DNA of 64,000 bases, from NCBI RefSeq assembly GCF_018977255.1, contig NW_024704743.1, positions 73,286,001-73,350,000 on the forward strand, given 5' to 3'. Source of the DNA: Callorhinchus milii (taxonomy: Eukaryota). Below are positions 1-10,973 of the stretch, in pieces. Both the position numbers and the translations under genes were made by a program. The notes beneath the pieces were generated by a model, which saw only the letters and a list, made by a program, of their open reading frames with translations, was not told the origin of the DNA and made no database searches. The first letter of the stretch is position 1, and each line of letters begins with the position of its first letter.

Positions 1-345
1 ATAATCCTTGCATTTGCTATAGCACCTTATCACGTCTTCACAAAATATATTGCAAAGTAAATTGACTGTATATTTTAAGGGCGGAACTTGGCAGCCAATT
101 GCACCCAGCAATGATCCACAAACAATGGTGAATTGAGTGACCAAATTATTTTTTTTTTAAATGTTGATGGAATTATTGCCCCAAGAAAAGTGATTTGTGA
201 ATTGACTAACAACTGGGTTCTTACTTACTGCTACGCAAACAGAGGCGAGTGGAGTAATGAAACTTGCCTAACGTTTCGCCCTGCCCAGGAATTAAACCCA
301 GGTCCTCTCGCTTGCAAGGTGAGCTCTCTAAGCAGTATGCTACAG
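1..345 (-). mobile_element. tRNA-Ala-headed Deu-core SINE, longer subfamily B (degraded)
   Basis: Reverse complement gives the tRNA head, the extra segment (CAGTAAGTAAGAACCCAGTTGTTAGTC), the Deu core AATTGGCTGCC and an L2-type tail ending CAAATGCAAGGATTAT. Confidence 0.8.
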
Positions 346-429
346 ACCTTCACGACAGGACAGAACCTCCAACAATGCAGCACTCCCTCAGCACTAAATT
401 GGAGTGTCAGCCTATGGTGTCGATAAAGT

Positions 430-735
430 GGAGTCCTGTAGCTCAGTGGTTAGAGCACTCGCCTTGCAAGCGAGAGACCTGAGTTCAATTCCAGGCAGGA
501 CGAAACCTTGGGCAAGTTTCCTTACTCCACACAGAGCCTAATAATAATCCCTCCAACACAAAACAATAATAAATTGGTCATTTTCAATCCACGACTGTTT
601 GTGGGACATTGCTGTGCGCAATTGGCTGCCGCGTTTGCCCACAAATATACAGTCAATTCACTTTACTTGAAATACTTTGAGACGTCGAGAAGACATGAAA
701 AGCGCTATATCAAATGCAAGGATTATTATTATTAT
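430..735 (+). mobile_element. Young tRNA-Ala(TGC)-derived Deu-core SINE, subfamily A
   Basis: GGAGTCCTGTAGCTCAGTGGTTAGAGC (box A), anticodon arm CTCGC-CTTGCAA-GCGAG, box B GTTCAATTCC, core GTGGGACATTGCTGTGCGCAATTGGCTGCC, (TAT)n tail. Confidence 0.93.
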
Positions 736-767
736 AAAGAGTTTGCAAAATTTTGCTTCAGATATAC

Positions 768-1513
768 GGAATCTTGGCGTCCTGTTCGATCCTCAACTGT
801 CCCTCATACCCCACATCTATGCCATGATCCGCTCTGCCTTTCCCCACCTCTGCACAACATCACCCGACTCCACCACTGTCTCACACCGCAGGCTACCGGG
901 ACACTCATACATAACATCCATGCTCGACTATGCAAACTCCCTGCTTGTTGGCCTCCCTAACTCCTCCCTCCATAGGCTGCAGATCATCCAGAACTCTGCA
1001 GCCTGTGACCTCTCCTGCACCAGGCTCCGTGACCCTATCACCTCTATCCTCGCTCGACTCCACTGGCTTCCCATCACTCATAGGATACAGTTCTAGATCC
1101 TGGTCCTCACTTTCAAAGCCCTTCATGGCCTTGCTCCTCCCTATCTTTGTGACCTCCTAACTCTCTACCATCCTGCCTGACCTCCCCGCTCAGCAGGCTC
1201 CGGCCTGCTTCACGTCCCCCGTCTCGCCCACTCCACCTTTGGTAGGTGGGGCTTCAGCCACTCTGTCCCGACCCTCTGGAACCCCATCCCGCAGTTCCTC
1301 TGCCTCACCCACTCCCTTGCCTCCTTCAAGACCCATTTTAAGATCCTCCTCTTCAACTGTGCCTTCGGTCACCCCCTTTCCGCCCCTGCCCTCCACCCTC
1401 CCCGATATTGACCCCCAGTCTGAGGCCCCAGGCTCGGTTCCGAAACACTGATTGTCCAGCGCCTTGGGATATCCTGATGTGAAAGGCTCTATACTAATGT
1501 CATTTTGTTGTTC
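768..1513 (+). mobile_element. L2 LINE 3' fragment (ORF2 C-terminus and 3' UTR)
   Basis: Translation [12 protein letters not shown]...LQIIQNSAA...LARLHWLPI is typical of L2 ORF2; 3' stem-loop and TTG tail present. Confidence 0.92.
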
Positions 1514-1904
1514 TTGTTTTCTGTATGATTCAAGGGGTGTTAGCTTCAAAAATAAGGATGACATAAGAAATATACGAGAGATTTATTTTGGTAAAAGAGT
1601 GATAGGCATGCGGAACAGGTTATCAACATAAGTGGTAGAGCAAACTACAAAGAGAAGAGTTTCAAGAAGGACTAGATTAATTCTTTCAACTATTCAGTAT
1701 CAGGATTCAAAGGAATCAGGGCTATTGGATTTAGAAACGGATCCATCAAATGAAAATATTGGGAAATTGGACAGTAGAATAGATGAATTAATGGTCTATT
1801 CCTACCTGATATTGTTACTGTCAGTGTGCACCTTGGAGGAAAAGAAAAAATGATAACGACTACCATATGATTTCAACATTTGAATTTCACTATATGATAC
1901 ATCA

Positions 1905-2318
1905 GGGTTACAATAATAGTAATCTTTGCATTAGATATAGTCATGAAAGTGCTTCACAGGATTTACTGTGAAGTGTAGGATATGTGTATTTTTTATAGGC
2001 AAATGCAACAGCCAATTTTTGCAGCGGCTTATTTATGAGCAGCAATGGCCTACAAACAACCATGAAGTGAATTATCAGAACAGCAGGTTAAATTCTTTTC
2101 TCTTTTCAAATAGTGCCACAGGACCTTTACTGTTCACCTTCACTGTTGAACAGGCAAGTAGTTCTTCGATTTAACGTCTCATTTGAAAGACAGAACCTTG
2201 AACATTGCAGCACATCTCTAACGCTGTATTGGAGTGTCAGCCTTACTGTGAGTTCAAAGTCAAGTTTGAACTCACAACCTTTTGACTCTGAGGCAAGAGT
2301 GCTACCAGCTGAGCCTGG
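1905..2318 (-). mobile_element. Old SacSINE1-like Deu-core SINE
   Basis: Reverse complement head GGTAGCACTCTTGCCTCAGAGTCAAAAGGTTGTGAGTTCAA; body shared with copies at 47.9, 50.9, 54.9 and 63.4 kb. Confidence 0.75.
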
Positions 2319-2789
2319 TATACACAAGTGCTTCATAGTACACAAACTATCAATGCTTCAGGCAGTAAAGTAGTTCTGATAATATAGTATCTGTTCCCCT
2401 TGAAGAACAAGAAGAACTCAGTGTCTTGATGCTCTGCTTGCAGACACAACACAGGAGCATCGCACAGCAGAACATCAATGTTCACTTGGTGCAAACACAG
2501 TCCAGAGGTGTACACCACTAATAATATAGCTGCGGCTGAGCAAGATCAGGGTGAGGCACTGAGATCTGGTTGTGTAGCAACAGACTAGTACATTTTGTAA
2601 ATAGTACCATTGTATAAGTGAGATGAACAGAGATGGAGATGTTAATAGGCCTGTTTTGAAACAGCGACTGGTAGAGCACCAAGTGCATGCTGACGAGTCA
2701 CTGAGGAATTGGCATTGGTAGATATTGGGGTATTATGAAGGAGTCCAATGCTGTATTGTTGGTCTGTTCACTGGATGCACCTCAGCAAC

Positions 2790-3345
2790 AACTTACAACA
2801 GGCAACAACAACTTGATTTATATTGCGCCCCTCATGCAGGAATACCGTCCCAGAGTGCTTGACAGTGGCGAAGCAAGACACTACGCTGAGGGAGGGGGAG
2901 GTGACTGTAGGCACGGTTAAAGAGGAAGGTCTTCAGATATGAGTTGAAGAGAGGGAGGGGAGGGGCAAGATGGACAGATAGAGAAAGAGTGTTGCAGAGT
3001 TTTAGGGCGTAGTGGCTGAATGCATGGACACTGATGGTAGAACGGAGTGCACGAGGTACATTCAAGAGGCCACTGCCAGTCAAGCAGAGGTTGTGGGTTG
3101 GGGGGTAAGCATGTTGGAAAGGTAAGGAAGTGCCAGGGCATGAAGGGATTTGAAAACAAGTGTGAGGATCTTGAAATTGATCCGTTTGGCGATGGGGAGC
3201 CAGTGCAGCCTGGCTAGAACTGGTGTGATGGGGGTATGGAGTTTAGTGCGAGTGAGTATGCAGGTGACGGAATTTGGGATCAGATGGATTTTGTGGATGG
3301 TGGAGCGGGGGAGACCAGCAAGGAGGGCATTTGAATAGTTGAGGC
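2790..3345 (-). mobile_element. Older L2 LINE 3' fragment
   Basis: (CAA)n tail on + strand; minus-strand frame with LKLCNTL...FNSYLKTFLFNRAY. Confidence 0.8.
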
Positions 3346-3617
3346 AAGAATGGAGAAGGAAGGAGAAGGCGGAGGGATAGAGGAAGAGTGTTCCAGAGTC
3401 TTGGGGCCTAGAGGCTAAAAGTGCTTAGAGGCTGAAAAAAAGAAAGCTAATTTCTGCCTTTTCAAATTAATTTTAAAGACAACACGGTGCAAAACTGACC
3501 CTACAGTATAGATTTTTAAGTGGCCTCACAGAGATTTGGAGAAAAAGAATGGTGGGAGCAGTTTAGTTGAGAGATGACTGTTACTAATTTCAAAAAGTAC
3601 TGAATTTAATGAAAAGC

Positions 3618-3787
3618 CTAGGTTTCATTGGTACTGCATTCAATGGGACATTTAGTTTCAAAGTGTATTCTACTCAATGGGATACCTATGTTCAATTGCT
3701 ACTGCAATCAATGAGACTCTTAGTTTCAATTGGTACTCTATTCAATAGGACACCTAGCTTCAATAGATACTGCATTCAAAGGATGTC
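3618..3787. repeat. Degenerate 34-bp minisatellite, about 5 units
   Basis: Units approximate YTAGTTTCAATTGGTACTGCATTCAATGGGACAC, aligned by eye. Confidence 0.8.
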
Positions 3788-4714
3788 CAGCATATTCTCC
3801 AAACACAGTCTTGTTAATCTCTCCAGACTGAGGTCAGATTTCCAATGCTGCATATTTATGGATCTCGTTTGCTATAGCTAGTTTGCATTTCAATAGAATC
3901 AGTGCACGTAGCATTGAACTGGAACCCATTTTGTGAATATTAATGAGCAGTAAATGTGCACAAAGGAGCCACTAAGGTTCCTCCACTGAGATACGATACA
4001 GATAATGCAAATTGTATTTTTTTTCCTGCCAATTTACAGTTAATTTACAGTTACAAAGAACTGAAGACTAGATTGTGGGTTTCGCCCACAAGATACAAAA
4101 GCAATCCACTATGCAATATATTCTGTGAAGCACTTTTTAGATATCTGAATTATGTAATAAGGTGCTATATCAAATGTAAGTATTATTATTGTTATTATTA
4201 TGAAATTTTAAGCAATAGGAACATAAGAAGGCATTCAATGAGCACAGGCCATCCAATCAACAACAACTTGGATTTATATAGCGCCCTCCACGCCGGACGG
4301 CGTCTGAGTGCGCTTTACAGTAATGGACCCCGGGACCAAGCCAGGGGGAGGGGGAGGAAGGTGACCAAAGGCGCGGTTAATCAAGTCCCTTCATACTATG
4401 ACCCATTTACTTTATGATAACCTCTTCCCTACTCAATTTATCTCATGAGAGAACGTTTTCATAAGTAGTAGTGCTCCCTAAAAATAAAAATAAAATTGAT
4501 GAGCCAAAAAAAAAAGGTTTTGAGCAAAATTCTTTTTTCAGATATGGATGTCTAACACACCCGGAAACCGACCACCACCAATATTCCATTGTCCATACTA
4601 ACAGCTGCATTATTCAATGCTGACCTGCTGCCCACACATTTTCCCCACTTTCAAGGTTAAGGCAAATCTCATTCAATCTCCTGGTACTTCATCATAATTT
4701 TCTACAATTTTGAA

Positions 4715-5035
4715 ACAAATAGCTATCCAGTTTCTTTTTAAAGGAGTTAATGGGCTGATCCTCAGCTGCATTTGCTGGCAATCTGGTCCAAATATCTATT
4801 AAACTGTTGGGGGGAGAATATTTCCTCTGATCTTCACTGTCACTGGAAGTTTGTTAGTTTTAAATCTTGAGACCTCTATTTCTGTCCTCTTCTCATCTGA
4901 ATCAAATAACCTGATTACATCTACATCATCCATGCATCGCTGCATTTTAAATATCTGGGTGATAACCCTCTCAATCTTTGGTTCTTCACTGAAACGCAGC
5001 TCAGCTCTGTGAATCTTTTTTGATAGCTCAGCCAT
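4715..5035 (-). mobile_element. Highly degraded CR1 LINE 3' fragment
   Basis: ORF 4799..5047 resembles the decayed CR1 ORF2 C-terminal motif LFSLE-RRLRGDLI-V-KI--G-D-VD---LF. Confidence 0.55.
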
Positions 5036-5116
5036 AAGCAACCACAATCATTCTTGTTTTTCTTGGCTGAACCTCTCAGGGCACATCACCATACTTCTGA
5101 AGGTGTGCACACAAGA

Positions 5117-5390
5117 ATATCAAATTTGGGCTCATCATTTTTTTGGTCAGCCGGGTGTCTGACCAAACCCATCACCATGCTTAAGAGTATCCAAACCAAA
5201 CTGAGATTTCCATGCATCCCACCTACACATGGAAATCCCAGAGATAGATTTTTGGAATGGAGTCTAACCAGCAAAAACCACATAGCTTGCCATTGACATC
5301 GCTGTCTGGCGAGCTTTCCCACTGCTAGTCGAGCTAAGACCATCCTACCCATTGGGGCTTTGGCTTGCAGGGTTAACAGGAGCTGATTCC
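5117..5390 (-). mobile_element. Unidentified poly(A)-ended interspersed repeat (family X), internally deleted
   Basis: Reverse complement ends CAGACACCCGGCTGACCAAAAAAA; aligns with 31.0, 43.6, 49.0 and 7.4 kb copies. Confidence 0.8.
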
Positions 5391-5734
5391 CTGATCATGA
5401 TTGGAAATAGTTGGAATAACTTTTTCTGGTTAAACAGGAAGCAACCTGGAACAGTTTTTTTTAGGTGTGGGTGGTAACTGTATGATACACCACGTGATCC
5501 TCATTACATCTATGTACTATATCTATGATTTAATAGAATACATAACTCCTGAAAGAAGCACTTACTCAGTTGACTGTAATCTCATTTTGTTTTGTCACCC
5601 AAACTACTTTTTGTCATTCAGACTAGATGTATTTCATCTCCAGCTCCGATTTTTGTTTACAAAGACCCCATTATAAACATAAGACACAATGATATCTTCC
5701 ACGATAAAGGTTTGCCAGACTTAATCTCAGTTAT

Positions 5735-5959
5735 AAAAACAAGGAACGCTGGGAACACTTAGCAGGTCAGGCAGCATTTATGGAGAAAGGAAAATGGGTC
5801 AATGTTTCAGGTGCACGGCGAAGGTTCATGGACCCGAAACGTTCACCCACTTTCCTTTCTCCATAGATACTGCCTGACCTGCTGAGTGTTCCCAGCGATC
5901 TCTGTTTTAGTTTCAGATTTCCAGCATCTGCAGTATTTTGCATCTTATTTTTGTTTAAT
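5735..5959 (+). mobile_element. Inverted-repeat Penelope-like non-autonomous element with degenerate hammerhead core
   Basis: About 75-bp inverted arms; central CGGCGAAGGTTCATGGACCCGAAACGTTC; flanking direct repeat TCTCAGTTAT at 5725-5734 and 5960-5969. Confidence 0.75.
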
Positions 5960-7439
5960 TCTCAGTTATGCCTGTTACCTAATCTACCAGACAAGGCTCT
6001 GAGACTGTAGCATTAATGTCAATTGAGAAAAGATTTGATTCTACTCTTTTAACTGCAGCAAATGTCAGCTCAAAAGTAGTGTTTTGATTGAGCTCTGTTT
6101 TCCTTCAATATTGCAATTTACTGAGGTAGGACGTCAAAAGCAAATTTCCAGATAGACTTGCATTGTACTAGAGATATTTGCATCTTGCAATTTACTCAAC
6201 TTGTTTCAATAACAGCAGCTCTTTGAAGACTTCAGAAATGGCCTATTGAATGATAGGTGTATATTATATATATTTTAACTTCCAACAAAACAGAAGTGAT
6301 AGATCAGGAACACCACAATAGAGTCAAACTTTTCTTCCAGCTGAAAGTTGCCTTTTATAGTTACAATGAGTAATTTTTCATTTACACCATCTAATTCTAA
6401 ATAACTGCTACAAAAAAATAATTATCCCTAAATTGTGTTAGTGTAAATTTTAATCACAATAAGAGAAATGCAAGGAGCCAAAGAATATTTCTCTGTTGAT
6501 AACGTTTGCAGAATAAACCAACAAATTCAATCTGCAAAAAGTTTTAGGGCAAACATTCTAAAACACTTCTCAAAGGTCTAGTGTTCATGGAAGGTATAAA
6601 GAATCAATTAATTTGAATGGCAGCTGCGGTTTACAGCCTGTTCTTTTCACCAGTTAACATTAAGCAAGATTACTGTAAATATGTAATTATTGACGATCAA
6701 AGACATTAACAAAGGAGACTGATTAAGCAAATAGCTCCTATTTGTCTGCTGAGTACGGCAATAAATTGCTCTTCTGCTTGTTAAATGCCTCAGCCACCGG
6801 CAGACTATGTGTTACACAAACAGTGCTTTTCTATTGCACTGTTTTTGAGTAAGTATGATTAAAGTTTAAAATGGTTTCTTGTTTTTATAATTTTATTCTA
6901 ACATACCAGCTGCATTATATTATTCCAAGTAACTGCTAGCACCTAACTTACGTTAATGAGCATTTTGTTGGATAATGTTCTTTTCAGTTTTTGTATGACT
7001 AACCTTATGACATGTTCAATATAAAATTAAAGAATAAAACAGCTCATTGTTTATTAGCCCTTATAGCCTGTGGTGTTCAGAGACTGGCAGTCAATAGATA
7101 TGGCTAACTATTTTTCAAATAAGAATTGCATGATTGACAACTATTTTAACCAACGGTGAAACAGAGGTTTTAGACTTTCTTTATTAAAACAAAGCTATTT
7201 GTGTGTGTGTGTGGTTATGTGCACACAATTCTGTTTGTGGACAAAATTCTGTTTGTGGAGACTGTTTGACCAGTTGGTCTCTTTTTGTTTCTTTTTCTGT
7301 TGATTTTCTTCTCTTCTCTTTCTCTGGACCAAATAATGATATGCGCCACTCCTAGTTGTGAAGACAGGCTTGCAAAGTACTTCAAAGAGATCCGTAAGCT
7401 TATGTTATAAACAGCCACCAAATGTGTGAATGTGGGCTA

Positions 7440-7705
7440 CATTTACAGGTAGGGTGGAACGTTTGCCAGAAAGTGCTCACAATAAGTGGTTTTAGCTGGT
7501 TAATCTCCAGCAGTAATCCAGTACACATTGGGGTCCCTTAGCCTTTGCTCTTGCAAAGCTGTGCCTAATGCATTTCAAAAAGAGGTTGACATTTCCCTTG
7601 CATAGATGGCATGCATATGTGGAACACTTGGTCTGGTTTGGAAAAACCTTAATTATGGGGATGGATTTCCATATGGATCATACACCTGACAGACCAAAAA
7701 ATAAA
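7440..7705 (+). mobile_element. Family X repeat, degraded copy
   Basis: GTGGTTTTAGCTGGTTAATCTCCAGCAGTA...ACACCTGACAGACCAAAAAATAAA matches the 31.0 kb copy. Confidence 0.7.
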
Positions 7706-7757
7706 GCTTTTTGCTAGGTGTCTCCCTATGATGAGATTGATAACTTGCAGCAATGCC

Positions 7758-9008
7758 TACAACAACAACAAAATTACTTTCACTTCGGACAGACAGCGTT
7801 TCGGACCCGAGCTGAGGGTCGGGGTGGGGGAGGGTAGGGGGGGAAGCAGGGAGATCGAAAGCATGATCGAAGAGGAGGGTCTTGAGGTGGGTCTTGAAGG
7901 TGGCAAGGGAGGGGGCGAGATGGAAGAACTGCGGGATGGAGTTCCAGAAGGTAGGTACTGAGTGATGGAAGGCCCACCCGGCGATAGTAGGGCAAGCAAG
8001 GCGGTGGACGTAAAGCAGGCCAGAGCCCGCTGAGCGGAGGAAGCAACATGATGGTAGGGGTTAGGAGGTCAAAGTGGTAGGGGGGAACAAGACCATGGAG
8101 GGCTTTGAAGGTGAGGACCAGGATCTTGAACTGTATCCTCTGTGTGATGGGAAGCCAGTGGAGTTGGGCAAAGACGGAAGTGATAAGGTTACAGAGCCTG
8201 GTGCGGGAGAGGACACGGGCTACAGAGTTCTGGATGATCTGCAGCCTGGGAGTTGGTGAGGCCGACAAGCAGTGAGTGTGCGTAATCGAGCCTTGAAGTA
8301 ATGAAGGCATGTATGAGGGTTTCGGCAGCCTGTGGTGTGAGAAAGTGGTGGAGCCGGGCGACGTTGCGGAGGTGGGGAAGGCAGAGCAGGTCATGGCGCG
8401 GATATGGGGTAGAAAGGATACTTGAGGGTCGAAAAAGACCCCAAGGTCCCGGACTGGCTCAGTAAGGTGGAGTGTTCAACCATGGATGGTGATACTGTCA
8501 GTGCCTGAGGTGAGGAGGCGCTGACGGGAGCCAATCAGGAGAGCCTCGGTCTTGTTGACGTTCAACTGAAGAAAGTTAGCTCTCAACCAGGACTTGATGT
8601 CCAACAGACATTCTACACAGCAGTGATTCTGGAGTCAAGAGTGGAGGCAGAGAGGTAGAGTTGGGTGTCATCCGCATACATGTGGAAGTTGACCCCATGT
8701 CTACAGATGATGTCACCAAGGGGGAGCATATAGATGTTGAAGAGGACGGGACCAACGACAGAACCCTGAGGAAGCCCGCACAGATGATCCAGGGGTTAGA
8801 GGAGAAGCTGTTTGAGGAGATGAAGTGCAGGCGGTGTGAGAGGTACGATCTGAACCAATCAAGAACAGTGCCGTGGAGGTTGAGGTGAAAGGAGAGGCAG
8901 TGGATGAGGATAGAGTGGTCGACGTTGTTGAAAGAAGCAGGGAGGACAAGGAGGCAGAGGGAGCCCTGGTCACAGATGGACAGAATGTCTTTTGTCACTT
9001 TGACCATA
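7758..9008 (-). mobile_element. L2 LINE, 5'-truncated, frameshifted RT
   Basis: Minus frames give LVLPASFNNVDHSILIHCL, VLDWFRSYLS and LQIIQNSVARVL..LHWLPI; (TTG)n tail. Confidence 0.93.
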
Positions 9009-9410
9009 CTATAGTACAATGTGTGAGAATTACAACTTGCGTGCCACTAAACCTTCCCAGTATTATTATTACTTTAGTTGACACTCTTCAGGTATTCATT
9101 AAATATGGCAAGCTGTCATGTAACATGATTATCATGCAATAATAATGTGCCAGGCATGGACTATAACTCATGACTCCAACATTGGTTTTGAAATTAATCA
9201 AATCCTACTCCCACAGATTAGTTTTTAAAAAATGCACCCTTGCATTTAACATAACAACATGTAGGAGCAGGAGTAGGCCATTCGGCCCTTCGAGCCTGCC
9301 CCGCCATTCAATCATGGCTGATCTTCTAATCTAACTCCAGTTGATAACCTGACCCTGCCTTGTCCCCATATCCCTTAATCTCTTTTGCAATAAGTATGGT
9401 TTCTTATCTG

Positions 9411-10172
9411 TCAGCCTGGCCCAGTTGATAGCACTCTCGGCACTGAATCAAATGTTATGGGTTCAAGATCCACTTTGGGATTTTGCGCTTGTAGGCCAGA
9501 CTGACATTCCAATGCAGTGCTGTGGTGTGCTGAACCGTTGGAAGCGCCAATGAGATGAGGCATTAAACCAAAGTCCTGTCTGTGCCTGTTCAAGTGGACA
9601 TTAAAGATCCCATGGCACTCCTCAAAAGGAGAAGGGAATTTCTGCTGGTATCCTAGACAACAATTCCGCAAATAAAAGTGCTCATTCACTTTATGGCTCT
9701 TTATGGAGTCCTGTAGCTCAGTGGTTAGAGCACTCGCTTTGCAAGTGAGAGACCTGAGTTCAATTCCAGGCAGGGCGAAACCTTGGGCAAGTTTCCTTAC
9801 TCCACACACCTAATAATAATCCCTCCAAAACCAAAAACAATAATTAAATTGGTCATTTTTAATCTACGACTGTTTGTGGGACATTGCTGTGCGCAATTGG
9901 CTGCCGCGTTCGCCCACAAATATACAGTCAATTCACTTTACAGTGTGTTCTGTGAAGCGCTTTGGGACGTCCTCCCGACGTGAAAAGCGCTATATCAAAT
10001 GCAAGGATTATTATTATTATTATTGTGGGACAGTGCTGTGGAGAAGTTGGCTGCCTCTACAAAATACACATTCACTACACTTACAGTAACTCTTGTTTAC
10101 ACTTTACAGCAACGCTTTGAATTGTCCTCCTGATATGAAAGGTGCCAAATCAAATTCAAGGATTGTTATTAT
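9411..10172 (+). mobile_element. Old SacSINE1-like SINE interrupted by a young SINE at 9705-10024
   Basis: Old head and body run to TCATTCACTTTATGGCTCTTT, then resume at TGTGGGACAGTGCTGTG after the insert. Confidence 0.75.
9705..10024 (+). mobile_element. Young SINE subfamily A, full length
   Basis: Near-identical to the 430-735 copy; tail GGGACGTCCTCCCGACGTG...(TAT)n. Confidence 0.93.
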
Positions 10173-10774
10173 TGTCAGCTAAATACTCATGTACAGCACC
10201 AACACTACTGGCTGTGGTCACTGTTGTAATCCGGGAAGAAGAGCAGTGTTGTGATGTGATTGTAATACTTTATTCAGAGCAAAAAAAGGTGCTGTATAAA
10301 TTAGGGTTGAGCAGTGTAATTCTGAATCAAATTGCAATGGTGCTCTCCTGCTGAGTCAGCCTGAAGAAGATGTTTTCAGCAGCACTTTGATCCGCCCTGC
10401 ATGTGCCTAATTGTGCAGGCACAGAACTACACAACTCCAATCTTGGTTATCAGTTCTTTAATAATCCCCAGCCAATGTAATGGGGGTCGGAAGCAACCAA
10501 CTCTACGGCAGGATAGAGAACTATCACTTAATTTACAACAGTATTACAGCAACCCCTCCCCTCCATAGCTAGGCAGATACAAACACACACAAAGACTCGT
10601 TTATTAAACGCTGGTTCAATCTCTCAGCAATACGGCAGTGTAATCGCGGAGGGGTGCAGGTGCCTAGGCTTGTGCGTGTTGCCTGCAATCTCTCGTGCAA
10701 CAACTTAACATGACTGGCCCAAGGCTTAACCAGGGCAGCGTCTCCACCCTCCGCAGACCCAGACGTGTAAGAGA

Positions 10775-10973
10775 ATGGTGGAGCTTTAGAATTCTCTCCC
10801 CCAGTCCCTCTGCCTCTTCCCCTCTTTTAGATCACCACTGAAGGCCTTCCCCTTCAACCGTGCTTACTGTCACCTCCTCACTCCCCCAGCTTGGCATCCG
10901 GCTCTGACACTGTTAAGTGCTCTGAGACGCCGCCCTGAGTGAAGGGAACTATATAAATACCAGTTGATGTTGT
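10775..10973 (+). mobile_element. Old L2 3' end fragment
   Basis: CTTCAACCGTGCTTAC...GTGAAGGGAACTATATAAATACCAGTTGATGTTG resembles other L2 3' ends. Confidence 0.65.

Noticed and set aside
430..502. tRNA-Ala(TGC) gene calls at SINE heads
   Set aside because: The acceptor stem does not pair properly, and each head runs into the same SINE body and tail.
508..960. Recurrent ORFs starting MGKFPYST or MWDIA (also 9783, 17199, 34815, 35940, 37100)
   Set aside because: Chance frames through SINE copies, with non-ATG starts and poly-Tyr from the (TAT)n tail; not a gene family.
2443..2549. Possible + strand exon (TTGCAG...CAGG|GTGAGG) with one open frame
   Set aside because: Peptide unrecognised and no partner exons; compatible with chance.
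3618..3787. CRISPR-like array
   Set aside because: Units are contiguous with no unique spacers, the context is eukaryotic, and no cas genes are present.
7227..7260. Short tandem duplications (here; 19611-19657; 61610-61660) and homopolymer runs (12317-12335)
   Set aside because: Ordinary slippage products with no further structure.
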